IMG/VR virus record: IMGVR_UViG_3300017766_003987
Coordinates: 1-64,000 of that record
Strand: one strand, 5' to 3'
DNA from: a virus
DNA: 64,000 nt
Shown here: one piece after another, positions 37,519 through 47,875 of the stretch
Layout of the letters: each line of letters opens with the position of its first letter
How positions within the stretch are numbered: position 1 is the stretch's first letter
Made by a program: the position numbers and the translations under genes
Notes under the pieces: generated by a model
Database searches by the model: none
The model's input: only the letters and a program-made list of their open reading frames with translations
What the model was told of the DNA's origin: nothing

Positions 37519-37926
37519 ATGAACGCAATCACCCAAGCCGGTCTTCGTGCAGCCAAGGCCGACAAGTTCGAAAAGATTCTCGATGAAGCCCGCGATGCTG
37601 CCCGGTTGGCCGTCGCCGAGGCATCGAAGAAGTTTCCTGAGATGGCTGGTGCGTGCGGCTTCGCATGGGTCAGGATCGACGGCACAGAAGGTCTCGCTCG
37701 TCATTGTCGCAAGATGAGGAACAGTGAAGTTGCCTCCGATCCGCGCTTCCGTAACGAGTATAACCGTCGCTACGGCAACAAGGGCTACCCCAACGGGTGG
37801 CAGTTCTGGAATCCTGGCGATCACATGGGTCAGCGAGTCGATATCAAAGAAGCCGGCGCAGCTGCCTTCCGTGACGTCCTCGCGAACTACGGCATTCGTG
37901 CCGATTCCGGCTCGCGTCTCGACTGA
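37519..37926 (+). CDS. Conserved phage protein (GACGFAWV family)
   Basis: Cassette promoter and RBS; GACGFAWV...KEAGA.AF...SRLD. Confidence 0.8.
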   Translation: MNAITQAGLRAAKADKFEKILDEARDAARLAVAEASKKFPEMAGACGFAWVRIDGTEGLARHCRKMRNSEVASDPRFRNEYNRRYGNKGYPNGWQFWNPGDHMGQRVDIKEAGAAAFRDVLANYGIRADSGSRLD

Positions 37927-37974
37927 TCAACGTGACGGGGGCACAAGCCTCCGTCCTCTCATCCACAGAAAGCA

Positions 37975-38688
37975 ATGCAAATGGCCTATGATGGTCCTGA
38001 AGTCAAAATCGAAGAGGTCTCAGTCCGCAAGGCGAGCCTGAATCTTTCTCACGTCGAACGGTTCCTTTGCATTGCCGTCGGTTTCGATCCGAAGCGCACA
38101 AAAATGCAGCGTGTTGATAATCCGCAGACGTTCGAGCTGGTCGAAGAAACGACCGGCTTCATGAAAATTCTCGACGCGAATTTCAACACCGATCCGGATC
38201 GGGAGCCACCGTTCATCGATACGCTGCTACTACAGCTCAAGGAATGGGACGCGTCGCCCCGTGACGGAAATCTGGTCGCCCGTCGAGCATGGGAGCTGAT
38301 CGAATACTATCAGCGGCAACTCGAAAAGACGCAGAATGACGCGTCCGGCTGGGTCAATACCGGTTGCTTTGACAAGCACGGCAAAGAGATCAAGCTCGGC
38401 GACCGCGTTCGCTACAATCTCGAGGGCCCGGGTACCCAGCGTGAATACTGGAATCCGGAATACATCGTCATCTGGGAAGCACCCATGTTCACGCTCAAGC
38501 ATGTTGGCGGCGGTAAGTCGGGCGACGGTGACTCTCTTTTCAAACTGAAGCACGGTGGCAGAAACGGGCAGCTCGAGATCATTCCGCCTTCTGAAACGGC
38601 TAATGAAATGAGCAAGCGAGCCGAAGCGATCCGTGAAGAGCATCGCTCGCGCGGCGGTGGCAATCCTGAAGATGAGATCCCATCATGA
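37975..38688 (+). CDS. Protein with YopX-like C-terminal domain
   Basis: TG..DK.GKEI..GD motif. Confidence 0.65.
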   Translation: MQMAYDGPEVKIEEVSVRKASLNLSHVERFLCIAVGFDPKRTKMQRVDNPQTFELVEETTGFMKILDANFNTDPDREPPFIDTLLLQLKEWDASPRDGNLVARRAWELIEYYQRQLEKTQNDASGWVNTGCFDKHGKEIKLGDRVRYNLEGPGTQREYWNPEYIVIWEAPMFTLKHVGGGKSGDGDSLFKLKHGGRNGQLEIIPPSETANEMSKRAEAIREEHRSRGGGNPEDEIPS

Positions 38689-38900
38689 AATACTGGACTC
38701 GACGGAATAGATCGCAGCGAGCATCTGCGATCCAAAAAGTCACCGTGCTCGAAACGGTGCCCGATAGCAGTGGTGCAACCCATTATCCCATCCTGTATTT
38801 TCAGGTGGACGGCGTCTGGCATTGCATCGAGTTTGAGAACGAGGGCGAGGCCAAAGTTCTCATGAGTTCCGCAGCACAAATCTTCAGAGGGATCAAATGA
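38685..38900 (+). CDS. Hypothetical protein
   Basis: ATGA overlap. Confidence 0.6.
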   Translation: MKYWTRRNRSQRASAIQKVTVLETVPDSSGATHYPILYFQVDGVWHCIEFENEGEAKVLMSSAAQIFRGIK

Positions 38901-39163
38901 CCATATACATCAATCCAGCCCACATGACCAAAGAAGCATTCCTTCAAGAACACGGGCGACGGATGAATTATCGGCCCGACGTTCATCGCTGGGATGACTA
39001 TCTGGCAGTCTGTCTCGTCAACAATGGGCCATTCACCGCTGCGGCCATTGTGACTACTCCGCATGAGCTGGAGCACCTTCTTCTGCCCGAACCCCGTCCC
39101 AAAACCTGGTACTGGGTATCAATCGAAAAGCTTCGCCCTTACCTTCCCGAGGATTTCAAATGA
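38897..39163 (+). CDS. Hypothetical protein
   Basis: YINP...KE.FL...VCLVNNGPFTAA. Confidence 0.75.
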   Translation: MTIYINPAHMTKEAFLQEHGRRMNYRPDVHRWDDYLAVCLVNNGPFTAAAIVTTPHELEHLLLPEPRPKTWYWVSIEKLRPYLPEDFK

Positions 39164-39615
39164 GCGACATGACACACAACTGGATCGAAGGCGAAAAGCC
39201 GGTCCTTCCCACCATTACCGACGAAGAGCTGCTCAAGCGAGCCAGTCTGTTTCGTCATATCGCCAAGGGCCCGCTTGATAGCTGGTATGCCGTCGCAACG
39301 CCCCTGAGCATGGACTATCTTCGTGGCACCTCTTGCATCTGGGACCCCAAGCTCGGCGGTTTGTTTCAGATTGACGAGCTGCATACTCTGTCCCATCGGC
39401 CCCGAATGCTTCATTTCCCGGTGAGCTGCGGTTACTACGGGTTCTTCAAACCATCGGTCGCCGAAGTCATGGCTGCAATCCCCGACAATAAAACCGACGG
39501 GCTCGAAGCATTGCTTGACGAAGGTTTCAACGCCTATTCGATCCGTTCACATTGCGATATCCACAAATCAGGCGAAGTGCAGATCGGCTATGCGGACTTC
39601 GTGAGGGTGATTTGA
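39160..39615 (+). CDS. Hypothetical protein
   Basis: GYYGFFKPSVAEV motif. Confidence 0.75.
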   Translation: MSDMTHNWIEGEKPVLPTITDEELLKRASLFRHIAKGPLDSWYAVATPLSMDYLRGTSCIWDPKLGGLFQIDELHTLSHRPRMLHFPVSCGYYGFFKPSVAEVMAAIPDNKTDGLEALLDEGFNAYSIRSHCDIHKSGEVQIGYADFVRVI

Positions 39616-39977
39616 TCACGAGGGACCAAATCCTTGATCTGGTCTGTAAAGAATACAGTGTCGAACCTGAGCGAGTTTTGACACCCTATATTCGAAACCA
39701 CGACTACGATATCGTTCCGGTTAGACGCGTATATTGGTACTTGTGCCAGCAATTCTTGCCAGTTATTCGAAAGTTTGGGCCATGCACAAAGCCTAAACTA
39801 GTTCAAGGTGGCACAAACGGCGTAGCTAGGTCTTTGGGGATAAGCCCCTTTGGGTTTCGCAAGGCAACCCGGTGGGTTGAAGACTTACGCGATGACCCTG
39901 AGTTTGATGCGCGACTAGAAAAGTTAGAAAAAAGCCTCTTTGCGCAATCAGGGGTTGCAACTTCGACCGCGGGTTGA
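39612..39977 (+). CDS. DnaA domain-IV-like (Bac_DnaA_C) DNA-binding protein
   Basis: I...VC..Y.V....V...R....V..R.V.WYL...VARSLG...VEDLRDDPEFD. Confidence 0.65.
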   Translation: MITRDQILDLVCKEYSVEPERVLTPYIRNHDYDIVPVRRVYWYLCQQFLPVIRKFGPCTKPKLVQGGTNGVARSLGISPFGFRKATRWVEDLRDDPEFDARLEKLEKSLFAQSGVATSTAG

Positions 39978-40025
39978 GATAACAGGTCATCGAATTGAAC
40001 AACGCCAACGCAAGGAACCCCGCAA

Positions 40026-40715
40026 ATGGCCACTGACATCCGCACCAAGATCGCCGCCCTGCTCGCCAAGGCCGAAAGCACTGATAACGTCTTCGAAGCC
40101 GAAAGCTTCATGGACAAGGTCAACGAACTTCTCGAGACCCACCAGATCGAAATGCATGAGATTCGTGCGTCGATGGGGGCACAGAAGGATTCCGATCCGC
40201 TGGGCAAGGAAAAGGGCACGACCAATCTCTATGCTTCGATCAAGTGGGCCCGTGACGTTGCCGGCGCTCTGGCGAAGTACTACGGTTGCCGGTTCGTTTA
40301 CTGGAAGCGTGGCAATCACTTCACCTATGAGATCATCGGTCGCGAATCTGCGCGTACCACTTTCGAGCTGATGCTGCCTTTCGTTATCTCGCAGGTCAAG
40401 CAGCAGGCAAAGCGGATGCACATGATCCACGGCGTCAATACGTTGGCGGTTTGGGAACGCGAAGTCGGTCAGGCACTCTACGTGCGTATCTGGAACATGA
40501 TCCCCAAGGCCGAAGCCCACCGCGCCGATCTCGGTTCGAAGGCGCTTATTCCTGTGGACGACGTTCAGGCATTCATGGATGCTACCTACGGCGATCTCAA
40601 GAAGAGCCGCCAGTTGAAGATCAGCTACACACTCGAGGCTCAGGAAGCAGCGAAGCGCGTCTCGATCAACGTCCAGGCGACGGGTCGCGGCAAAGTCAAG
40701 TTGTTGGAGAAGTGA
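40026..40715 (+). CDS. DUF2786-domain protein
   Basis: KIAALLAKAEST.N..EAESF..K..ELL..HQI; cassette promoter at 39952. Confidence 0.8.
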   Translation: MATDIRTKIAALLAKAESTDNVFEAESFMDKVNELLETHQIEMHEIRASMGAQKDSDPLGKEKGTTNLYASIKWARDVAGALAKYYGCRFVYWKRGNHFTYEIIGRESARTTFELMLPFVISQVKQQAKRMHMIHGVNTLAVWEREVGQALYVRIWNMIPKAEAHRADLGSKALIPVDDVQAFMDATYGDLKKSRQLKISYTLEAQEAAKRVSINVQATGRGKVKLLEK

Positions 40716-40716
40716 A

Positions 40717-40920
40717 ATGGGTAAGCTCGTTCTTTATTACTTCGCAGTAGCTTTCCTAATACTGGCGTTCTTCATCGCGATCTCCGCTGCGATGAAGACG
40801 ACGGAAAAGGCCGCCTTTGAGTGTGAAGTCATCACAGGAGGTCACTTCGTCAATAGCCGAGGATATGAGTGCTGGTCGCAGGACGGCACGAAACGCCTTT
40901 TTCCTTCTGAAAAGTTCTAA
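40717..40920 (+). CDS. Small membrane protein
   Basis: N-terminal TM helix. Confidence 0.65.
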   Translation: MGKLVLYYFAVAFLILAFFIAISAAMKTTEKAAFECEVITGGHFVNSRGYECWSQDGTKRLFPSEKF

Positions 40921-40926
40921 CGAGCA

Positions 40927-41013
40927 GCGGGCGTGATGGAACTGGTAGACAAACGAGACTTAAAATCTTGTGCTTGTATAAGCGTGCGGGTTCGAATCCC
41001 GCCGCCCGCACCA
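40927..41013 (+). tRNA. tRNA-Leu(TAA)
   Basis: GCGGGCG/CGCCCGC acceptor, CTTAAAA loop, long variable arm, T-arm, ACCA. Confidence 0.95.
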
Positions 41014-41031
41014 ACAATCTGAGAGCTAAAA

Positions 41032-41355
41032 ATGGGCTATAAATATATCATCGTTCGCAAGGGCAATCAAGAGTTGCCTTTCATCTTTCCGGAAAACTGT
41101 GTCCACTCTTTGATGTTCCGAGCGGTCCGTATGATGACAAAGCTCGAGATCAAAACAATTTATCCGAGTGCTTCGGAGAAGATGCTTAAGGACGCAGTCG
41201 ATTCCCTGAAGGTGGTAGGTGCCGGTTCAATCACTTTAGACGTGGGCTCAGCCACAGGGAGCTCTGGGACTCTAAAGGTGCAATCGCGCCCCGGCGACGC
41301 TTCGGCCATTCAATCGTTCCCATACACGCATGGCCTGATATTCGAGGGTGAGTGA
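41032..41355 (+). CDS. Hypothetical protein
   Basis: KYI...PFIFP...H...GAG...SGTL..SRP.D. Confidence 0.7.
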   Translation: MGYKYIIVRKGNQELPFIFPENCVHSLMFRAVRMMTKLEIKTIYPSASEKMLKDAVDSLKVVGAGSITLDVGSATGSSGTLKVQSRPGDASAIQSFPYTHGLIFEGE

Positions 41356-41581
41356 CGTTTCCACATCGCGGGCCCTATCATCGTTTGTCAAACAGGAGAA
41401 ATGTCGTGTCGTTTCAGTTTTATTGGCCAGGCGGGTGGAAAATTTGGCCGCATCACTATCGAATTGCAGATGCAGATTTCGATCCTGTATTGTTCATAAA
41501 CTACTTCTGTTTCGGTCCGTTCCAATGGCGTTGGTATAGCTATGCTAATTGATTTTAGCAGCTCTGTTGTGGCGTAGTCAT

Positions 41582-41881
41582 ATGAAAAAGTGGCTTCTAC
41601 TCTCACCTATTGGCGGGTTATTTATCGGTCATGGTATGGGGATGGCTTTCTTCTCAAAACAAGAAGACGCAGGACAAAGTCGCGTCGTCACCTTTTCGAG
41701 TGAGGAAACGGCAACGGATTTCGCACTAACTTATTTGTCAGCTTGTGGGCCTCTCGAGGCGATGCCTGTCGAAGTCGCAGGCGAGCAATACGCCACAATC
41801 CCTGAGTTGATCGCAAGTGGATACAAAGATCACTTAGGTTTGCTTTTAGCAAACGTTCAAGCTCACCCAACAATACAATGA
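41582..41881 (+). CDS. Hypothetical protein
   Basis: ORF. Confidence 0.6.
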   Translation: MKKWLLLSPIGGLFIGHGMGMAFFSKQEDAGQSRVVTFSSEETATDFALTYLSACGPLEAMPVEVAGEQYATIPELIASGYKDHLGLLLANVQAHPTIQ

Positions 41882-41963
41882 AGACGCCCAAGAGCCCTAT
41901 TGACTCTTAATTGCCGCCCTGTATTGTGGGGACTCTTACATCGTTGGGCAGAGGACACCTGCA

Positions 41964-42695
41964 TTGAATAATCAAAAACCCGAACCGCGCTCCAAAAGCG
42001 ACGGCTCAACTCTTGACTTCCACTCCATGTTCTTCACGCTTCAAGGCGAAGGACCTTTTGCAGGTCATCGCTCGATCTTCGTTCGCCTTGCCGGCTGCAA
42101 TCTGCAATGCCCCGGCTGTGATACCGAGTACACACAAGGGCGTGTTGAGCTCGATATCAACCGGCTCTTCGGTATGGTGATCGAGAAAGCGCGTGAGAAC
42201 GGTGTCATGCGCAACGAAAACTTTTTGATTGTCATTACCGGTGGTGAACCGCTTCGGCAGTCAATCGGGCCATTTGTTGCCATGCTGCTCGACACGGGCT
42301 TTATCGTTCAGATCGAATCCAATGGAGTCTTCGAACCTGATCCCCAGCTGAGCAATATGCTCCATAACCGGGTGCAGAGCTTGCATCTCGTTGTTAGCCC
42401 AAAGACCAAGAAGATCAACCCAATGACCGCGAATTTCGCAACGTGCTTCAAGTACGTTATCGATCATCGCAGCATCGACTACGCCGACGGGTTGCCCATC
42501 AAGGCGCTTGAACACCCCGCGTCCACAGGAGTAGCCCGGCCTCCGTTCGGGTATCGAAAGTCAATCTACGTCAATCCCTATGACGTCCAGAACGATCACG
42601 AAAACCAGCTTAATCTCAAAGCCGCGGCAGTCTCCGCTCAACGCTTCGGTTACATTGCCGGCGTGCAACTGCATAAGCTGATCGGGCTCGAGTGA
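41964..42695 (+). CDS. queE: 7-carboxy-7-deazaguanine synthase (radical SAM)
   Basis: FFTLQGEG, FVRLAGCNLQCPGCDT, ITGGEP, IESNG, VSPK, QLHK. Confidence 0.95.
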   Translation: MNNQKPEPRSKSDGSTLDFHSMFFTLQGEGPFAGHRSIFVRLAGCNLQCPGCDTEYTQGRVELDINRLFGMVIEKARENGVMRNENFLIVITGGEPLRQSIGPFVAMLLDTGFIVQIESNGVFEPDPQLSNMLHNRVQSLHLVVSPKTKKINPMTANFATCFKYVIDHRSIDYADGLPIKALEHPASTGVARPPFGYRKSIYVNPYDVQNDHENQLNLKAAAVSAQRFGYIAGVQLHKLIGLE

Positions 42696-42885
42696 TGAAG
42701 TCTTTCAGGGCGGACGGCTTTCCTCGAGATCGCAAGATCAAACACGCAAGCAATCGCCCTGAAAAATCAGGTGCATTCTTTGCCAAGCGTTTTGCGTTGA
42801 CCCAAGAACGCATGGTCGAGATCGGAATCATCCTTCGCAGAATTCGCGAATATCTTGGGTAAACAATCCTAAAGAGGAAACTCAA

Positions 42886-43677
42886 ATGACACAACTTAGC
42901 CCCCTTCACGCCTTGGTCGTTTTCAGCGGTGGCCAGGACAGCACGACTTGCCTCGGCTGGGCACTCGATCGTTTCGAAACAGTCAGCGCAGTGACGTTCG
43001 ATTACAACCAGAAGCACAGGATCGAGCTCGACGCCTCTATCCAGGTCATCCAGCACTTCGAAGAATACACGGGTCGGAAGATCTCGCACGATATCGTGCC
43101 GATCCAGGACATCTTCCTGAGCGCGTCACCGCTCACCAATCCGGACGAACAGCTCGAGATGTATTCCAATCACGACGAGATGGAAGGCATCATCGGGGAT
43201 CGTGTGGAGAAGACCTTCGTTCCCATGCGCAATGCTGTCTTCCTCATGATCGCCGCAAACCGTGCCGTCGCAGCTGGGGCTGGCGTTCTGGTGACCGGTG
43301 TCTGTGAAGCTGACAACGCCAACTATCCAGATTGTCGCAAGGTCTTCATAGACTCTGCTTCTCAGACGATCAACATGGCGCTTGGCATCGACGCTTTCAG
43401 TATCGAGACCCCGCTCATGCGCCTGAGCAAGGCTGATACCGCCAAACTCGCATATGCGACGCCGGGCACCTACGCGGCACTGAAATACTCGCATACCGCC
43501 TATGACGGCAAATATCCGCCGAACGGGCATGACCATGCGTCGATTCTTCGCGCACATGGGTTTGAGCAGGCCGGCATGCCCGATCCTTTGGTCGTTCGTG
43601 CATGGCGTGAGGGCTTGATGGACTTGCCCACAACGTCGAACTACGACACGACCGCAAAGGGTTGGGAACTTCTCTGA
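42886..43677 (+). CDS. queC: 7-cyano-7-deazaguanine (preQ0) synthase
   Basis: FSGGQDSTTCL, FDYNQKH, TFVPMRN, YPDCR. Confidence 0.95.
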   Translation: MTQLSPLHALVVFSGGQDSTTCLGWALDRFETVSAVTFDYNQKHRIELDASIQVIQHFEEYTGRKISHDIVPIQDIFLSASPLTNPDEQLEMYSNHDEMEGIIGDRVEKTFVPMRNAVFLMIAANRAVAAGAGVLVTGVCEADNANYPDCRKVFIDSASQTINMALGIDAFSIETPLMRLSKADTAKLAYATPGTYAALKYSHTAYDGKYPPNGHDHASILRAHGFEQAGMPDPLVVRAWREGLMDLPTTSNYDTTAKGWELL

Positions 43678-44126
43678 TGACCTACCATTCCAGCAAAATG
43701 TATGGGCACGAGATCGGCTTATCTTGTGCCTTCCGGCAGTGGCGAGCGGTCGAGAGCCACTGTTCGAAGCTTCACGGCTATGCCATCGCCGTCAAACTCG
43801 AGTTTGAGGCAGAAGCTCTCGATCATCGGAACTGGGTGATGGATTTCGGCGGCCTCAAGGCTGTCAAGCAGTATCTCACCGATACTTTCGATCACAAGGT
43901 TCTGGTCGCCCACGACGATCCGGATCATGCTCTTTTCAATGACATGGAAGCAATAGGTATTGCCGACCTAACCCGGGTCGAGCATGTCGGCTGCGAAGCA
44001 TTCGCCGAAATGATCTATCACTGGATCATTAATTGGATGTTTGTCAATAGTCTTGACAGCAGGGTGCGTCTCACCCGTGTCACTGTCAGCGAACACGGCG
44101 CTAATTCCGCCGCTTATTCGGAGTAA
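43677..44126 (+). CDS. queD: 6-carboxytetrahydropterin synthase
   Basis: SHCSKLHGY, NWVMDFGGLK, FDHK, CE.FAE, EHGANSA. Confidence 0.95.
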   Translation: MTYHSSKMYGHEIGLSCAFRQWRAVESHCSKLHGYAIAVKLEFEAEALDHRNWVMDFGGLKAVKQYLTDTFDHKVLVAHDDPDHALFNDMEAIGIADLTRVEHVGCEAFAEMIYHWIINWMFVNSLDSRVRLTRVTVSEHGANSAAYSE

Positions 44127-44132
44127 CATCCT

Positions 44133-44990
44133 GTGGATGAGAAAACAATCACTGCGCTCGCCGCTAAAGCGGACGCGCGAGTAAAAGCCATGTCGCCCGA
44201 AGATCTGGCCAAACTATGGGAAGAGCAGAAGCAAAGCGGGGTGAAGGGCGAAGCTGGTATAGGCAACGACCGAGATGAAGTAGAAGTTCGGCAGCCGGTG
44301 AGCGAACGAGTTGATAGCAACGGAAGAAAGATTGCTTTCTTCAACGATGGGACGTTTATCAGGGAAGCTGATCAGACTCAACCCGAAAGAGTCGTTCCTG
44401 CGGTAACGCGGCGTCGTGTGGCATCTTCGTTTGAAACGACCATGTCGGACGGTTCTATTCGGCATGGTGACTGGCTTCAGACTTACACGGGCAAGGCATT
44501 CTTCCCGTTCGATCCTCGGCCCGAAGATATCGACATTGAGGATATTGCACATGCCCTCTCCCACCAATGTCGCTATGGCGGGCATACCAGCCGTTTCTAC
44601 TCGGTCGCTGAGCATTGCGTGATCCTCTCAACGAAAGTCGAACCGCAGTATGCCTTGGCGGCACTGATGCACGATTGCGCCGAAGCGTACCTGGTCGACA
44701 TTCCTCGCCCTGTGAAATACTCGCTTGTCGGGTATAAAGAACTCGAAGTTCTGGTCGAAAAAGCAATCGCTGCGAAATTCAATTTGCAGTATCCTTGGCC
44801 TGAACAAGTCATGGCTTTCGATACCCGGATGATCCGCGACGAAGGTAACGAGCTCATGGGCGGCGGGGTCAACGACTGGAACAAATACGGCGAGACGCTC
44901 GACGCTCGCCCGTTTGGGGTGACCCCTATCGTCGCCAAGCAGGCATTCCTGCGCCGCTTTCACGAACTACATCAAGAGGGAGCCATTTAA
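44133..44990 (+). CDS. HD-domain 5'-deoxynucleotidase (YfbR/YfdR-like) with N-terminal extension
   Basis: IEDIAHALS..CRYGGH...YSVAEH...LMHDCAEAY..DIPRPVK. Confidence 0.85.
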   Translation: MDEKTITALAAKADARVKAMSPEDLAKLWEEQKQSGVKGEAGIGNDRDEVEVRQPVSERVDSNGRKIAFFNDGTFIREADQTQPERVVPAVTRRRVASSFETTMSDGSIRHGDWLQTYTGKAFFPFDPRPEDIDIEDIAHALSHQCRYGGHTSRFYSVAEHCVILSTKVEPQYALAALMHDCAEAYLVDIPRPVKYSLVGYKELEVLVEKAIAAKFNLQYPWPEQVMAFDTRMIRDEGNELMGGGVNDWNKYGETLDARPFGVTPIVAKQAFLRRFHELHQEGAI

Positions 44991-45559
44991 TGGCCATGTT
45001 GCGCGATTACCCCGTAGGCATCGAACAGGCCACTCGGCTTCTGCTTGACGAGATCGGCGAAGATATTGATCGCCCCGGCTTGCTCGAGACGCCTGAGCGC
45101 GTCGCCAAAGCGTGGGCCGAATGGACTTCCGGTTACGACATGGACCCCAAAGAGGTCATCAAGATCTTCGAAGAGGGCGACTACAATGAGATGGTGATTG
45201 TCAAGAACATTCCCATCTATTCGAAGTGTGAACATCACCTTGCCGATATCTTCGGCACAGCTACAATTGCCTACATTCCGCAGGGTAAGGTTCTCGGCTT
45301 ATCAAAGCTTTCCCGTCTCGCCAACGTCTTCGCTCGCCGCCTCCAGGTTCAGGAACGCATGACAGTGCAGATTGCAGACGCTCTTTTCAAGAGTGACCTG
45401 GACCCGAAAGGCGTTGGCGTTCAGCTGCGTTGCCGACACATGTGCATGGAATCTCGAGGCACCAACCAGCAGGGTCATCATACGGTGACAACTGCATTGC
45501 GTGGTGTTTTGTTTGCCGGCGAACCCCGCGCCGAATTCCTCGCCGCGGTTGGAGGGTAA
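44990..45559 (+). CDS. folE: GTP cyclohydrolase I
   Basis: GLLETPERV, SKCEHH, GLSKLSR, RRLQVQER, HMCMESRG. Confidence 0.95.
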   Translation: MAMLRDYPVGIEQATRLLLDEIGEDIDRPGLLETPERVAKAWAEWTSGYDMDPKEVIKIFEEGDYNEMVIVKNIPIYSKCEHHLADIFGTATIAYIPQGKVLGLSKLSRLANVFARRLQVQERMTVQIADALFKSDLDPKGVGVQLRCRHMCMESRGTNQQGHHTVTTALRGVLFAGEPRAEFLAAVGG

Positions 45560-45560
45560 A

Positions 45561-45980
45561 ATGAACCTAGCAATTCGCATTCTCGTCATTATGGCGCTTG
45601 GCGCCTGGACCATCTGGCCTGAGCCGTGGGGCTTCGGCATGTTCACGCTCGGCATGATCAGCGTTAACCCCGTAGTAGGCCTGACAATGGCCATCCTGTG
45701 GACGATTGTCGTCTTCACTGTGCTGCCGCTCAAGCTTCGGCACTACAAGCTCGGAACTCAGATCGCACTTGTCGCGATGATACTGGTCATGCACTATCAG
45801 GCATATGCGATGGGTTTCATTTCGCTAGCGAACTACGCGCCTTGGCTGATCTCGTTCGCCATGTCGGGAATTTTCGTTCTGGTGGCCTGGCCTATGATCG
45901 CCAATAGGCTCTGGCAGTGGACCCATTACCAGCGTGCCGTCGATCCGCAGACCGCGGATGTTAACGAGCACTCGCACTGA
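45561..45980 (+). CDS. Membrane protein
   Basis: About four TM segments, GGAGG RBS. Confidence 0.7.
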   Translation: MNLAIRILVIMALGAWTIWPEPWGFGMFTLGMISVNPVVGLTMAILWTIVVFTVLPLKLRHYKLGTQIALVAMILVMHYQAYAMGFISLANYAPWLISFAMSGIFVLVAWPMIANRLWQWTHYQRAVDPQTADVNEHSH

Positions 45981-46017
45981 TCTGTAAAGATCGAGACGGC
46001 CCCCGGCGCGGAGTGAG

Positions 46018-47202
46018 ATGACGATGAAAGATTTTCTGATTTACGGCAAGCATGACGAAAACACGCTTGCGCAAATGACGACTTGCATGGCGTTTGACGA
46101 CGCTGCGGCAGGCGTACTCTGTGCGGATGGGCATCTTGGTTATGCCCATCCCATCGGGGGTGTGGTCGGTTATACTGACCACATTAGCATTAGCGGTGTT
46201 GGTTTTGATATTGCTTGCGGCAACATGGCTGTGCGTCTTGACGCTCGCGCCGATGACATTCGTCCACAGGTAGGGAAAATCTTGGCTGATATCGCAGCTG
46301 TTGTGAGCTTCGGCGTCGGTCGATCCAACGACGAGAAGGTCGATCACGATTTGTTCGATAGCCGGCTCTGGGAAGATGCCGGGGTGCCTGAACTGAAGAC
46401 GATGGCTCGCAATCAGCTTGGGACCGTCGGATCAGGAAACCATTACGTCGATCTTTTCGAAGATGATGCAGGGTTTGTCTGGATTGGCAACCATTTCGGA
46501 TCGCGTGGCCTCGGACATAAAATCACGACCAAGTACCTGGAGCTTGCTGGGGCCAAAGACGGGATGCTCGTTCCTCCTGCGTTGGTTCCGGCAGACGACG
46601 ATCTCGGACGCGGCTATATGGCGGGCGTTGAGCTGGGAGGTCTGTATGCTTACGCTGGTCGTGAGTGGGTGATTGAGCGCGTGCGCAAGATCATCGGCGG
46701 CAACGTCACGTTCTCGGTTCACAATCACCATAACTGGTGTTGGCGTGAAACCCATAACGGGATTGACATGTGGGTTGTTCGAAAGGGTGCTACGCCGGCA
46801 TTCCCCGGGCAATACGGCTTCGTCGGCGGATCGATGGGCGATGACGCGGTGATCCTTCGCGGTATTGATAGTCCGCTTTCGAAAGCTTCGCTCTATTCCA
46901 CGGTTCACGGGGCGGGGCGTATCATGTCACGCACCGAGGCACGCGGTCGTTTCGTTCGAGATCCTATTACCAAAAAGAAAGAGCGTCAACCCGGTCGAGT
47001 TCGTCATGACGAATGGCAGAACTGGATACGTGACAAGGGCGTTACGTTGATTGGAGCGGACTTGGACGAGGCGCCCCAGGCATATCGTCGTCTTCCTGAG
47101 GTCCTTGCAGCTCATGCCGGCACGGTAGAGATCATGCATACTTTGCATCCGTTTGGGGTCATCATGGCCGGCGCAAACGAATTCGATCCTTACAAAGATT
47201 AA
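46018..47202 (+). CDS. rtcB: RtcB RNA ligase
   Basis: DGHLGY, VGFDIACG, GTVGSGNHY, HFGSRG, HNHHN, RKGATP, HGAGR, DEAPQAY. Confidence 0.95.
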   Translation: MTMKDFLIYGKHDENTLAQMTTCMAFDDAAAGVLCADGHLGYAHPIGGVVGYTDHISISGVGFDIACGNMAVRLDARADDIRPQVGKILADIAAVVSFGVGRSNDEKVDHDLFDSRLWEDAGVPELKTMARNQLGTVGSGNHYVDLFEDDAGFVWIGNHFGSRGLGHKITTKYLELAGAKDGMLVPPALVPADDDLGRGYMAGVELGGLYAYAGREWVIERVRKIIGGNVTFSVHNHHNWCWRETHNGIDMWVVRKGATPAFPGQYGFVGGSMGDDAVILRGIDSPLSKASLYSTVHGAGRIMSRTEARGRFVRDPITKKKERQPGRVRHDEWQNWIRDKGVTLIGADLDEAPQAYRRLPEVLAAHAGTVEIMHTLHPFGVIMAGANEFDPYKD

Positions 47203-47525
47203 TGAGCCGTAAACCGGGTCTTATCAAACTGAGACTCCGCTTGCACCCGCACGCGGAGTTTCTTTTTGCTGAAATGGCCAACCAGCAATGCACCGCGCAA
47301 CAGATGGCAGAGCGTTCAGGTGTCTCGAAAGCAACAATATTCAACTGGTCGCAGGGTAGATCCAATCCCGGGATGATCGATCTGGAAGCTTGCCTCAACG
47401 TTTTAGGCTTTTCGCTTGTGATCCGCAAGCAGTTAACACAGCCCAGCAAACACCTTGCCACCCATCCACAGGGATGCGATTGTCGGCATTGCAAAACGCA
47501 GACAAAAGGAACTCCTGATGCGTGA
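47202..47525 (+). CDS. XRE-family HTH protein
   Basis: QQMAERSGVSKATIFNWSQGRSNP. Confidence 0.85.
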   Translation: MSRKPGLIKLRLRLHPHAEFLFAEMANQQCTAQQMAERSGVSKATIFNWSQGRSNPGMIDLEACLNVLGFSLVIRKQLTQPSKHLATHPQGCDCRHCKTQTKGTPDA

Positions 47526-47796
47526 TCCCAACGACGAACCGCACTTTTATCAGACGGGTGCACTTTCCGAAAAGAACATCGTCCTGCTCGCTGAGGCGTG
47601 CCGCGCCTATTCGCAGGTCGATGGCGTCGATCTCCAGAAGACAGACGACCTGATTGCTCTCGCCGAGCACTTCGAAGACGCAGAGGGCAACCTCATTCCT
47701 GTGGACGGGCCCGACACGGTCAATGCCGAGGAAGAAGGGCTCGAGATCGAAGACGAAGATGGCGACGACGATCTCACCGAGGGTGACGACGACTAG
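47518..47796 (+). CDS. Highly acidic small protein
   Basis: AAAGGA RBS; D/E tail. Confidence 0.7.
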   Translation: MRDPNDEPHFYQTGALSEKNIVLLAEACRAYSQVDGVDLQKTDDLIALAEHFEDAEGNLIPVDGPDTVNAEEEGLEIEDEDGDDDLTEGDDD

Positions 47797-47819
47797 GCAA
47801 TCGTCAAAGTCGCTTCTTC

Positions 47820-47858
47820 AGTTGTCCCACACTGCAAGGTGTGGGACAACTTGTTTTC
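47820..47858 (+). terminator. Intrinsic terminator-like hairpin
   Basis: AGTTGTCCCACAC-tgcaag-GTGTGGGACAACT then T-rich. Confidence 0.7.
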
Positions 47859-47875
47859 AATAGGAGCCCCATCGC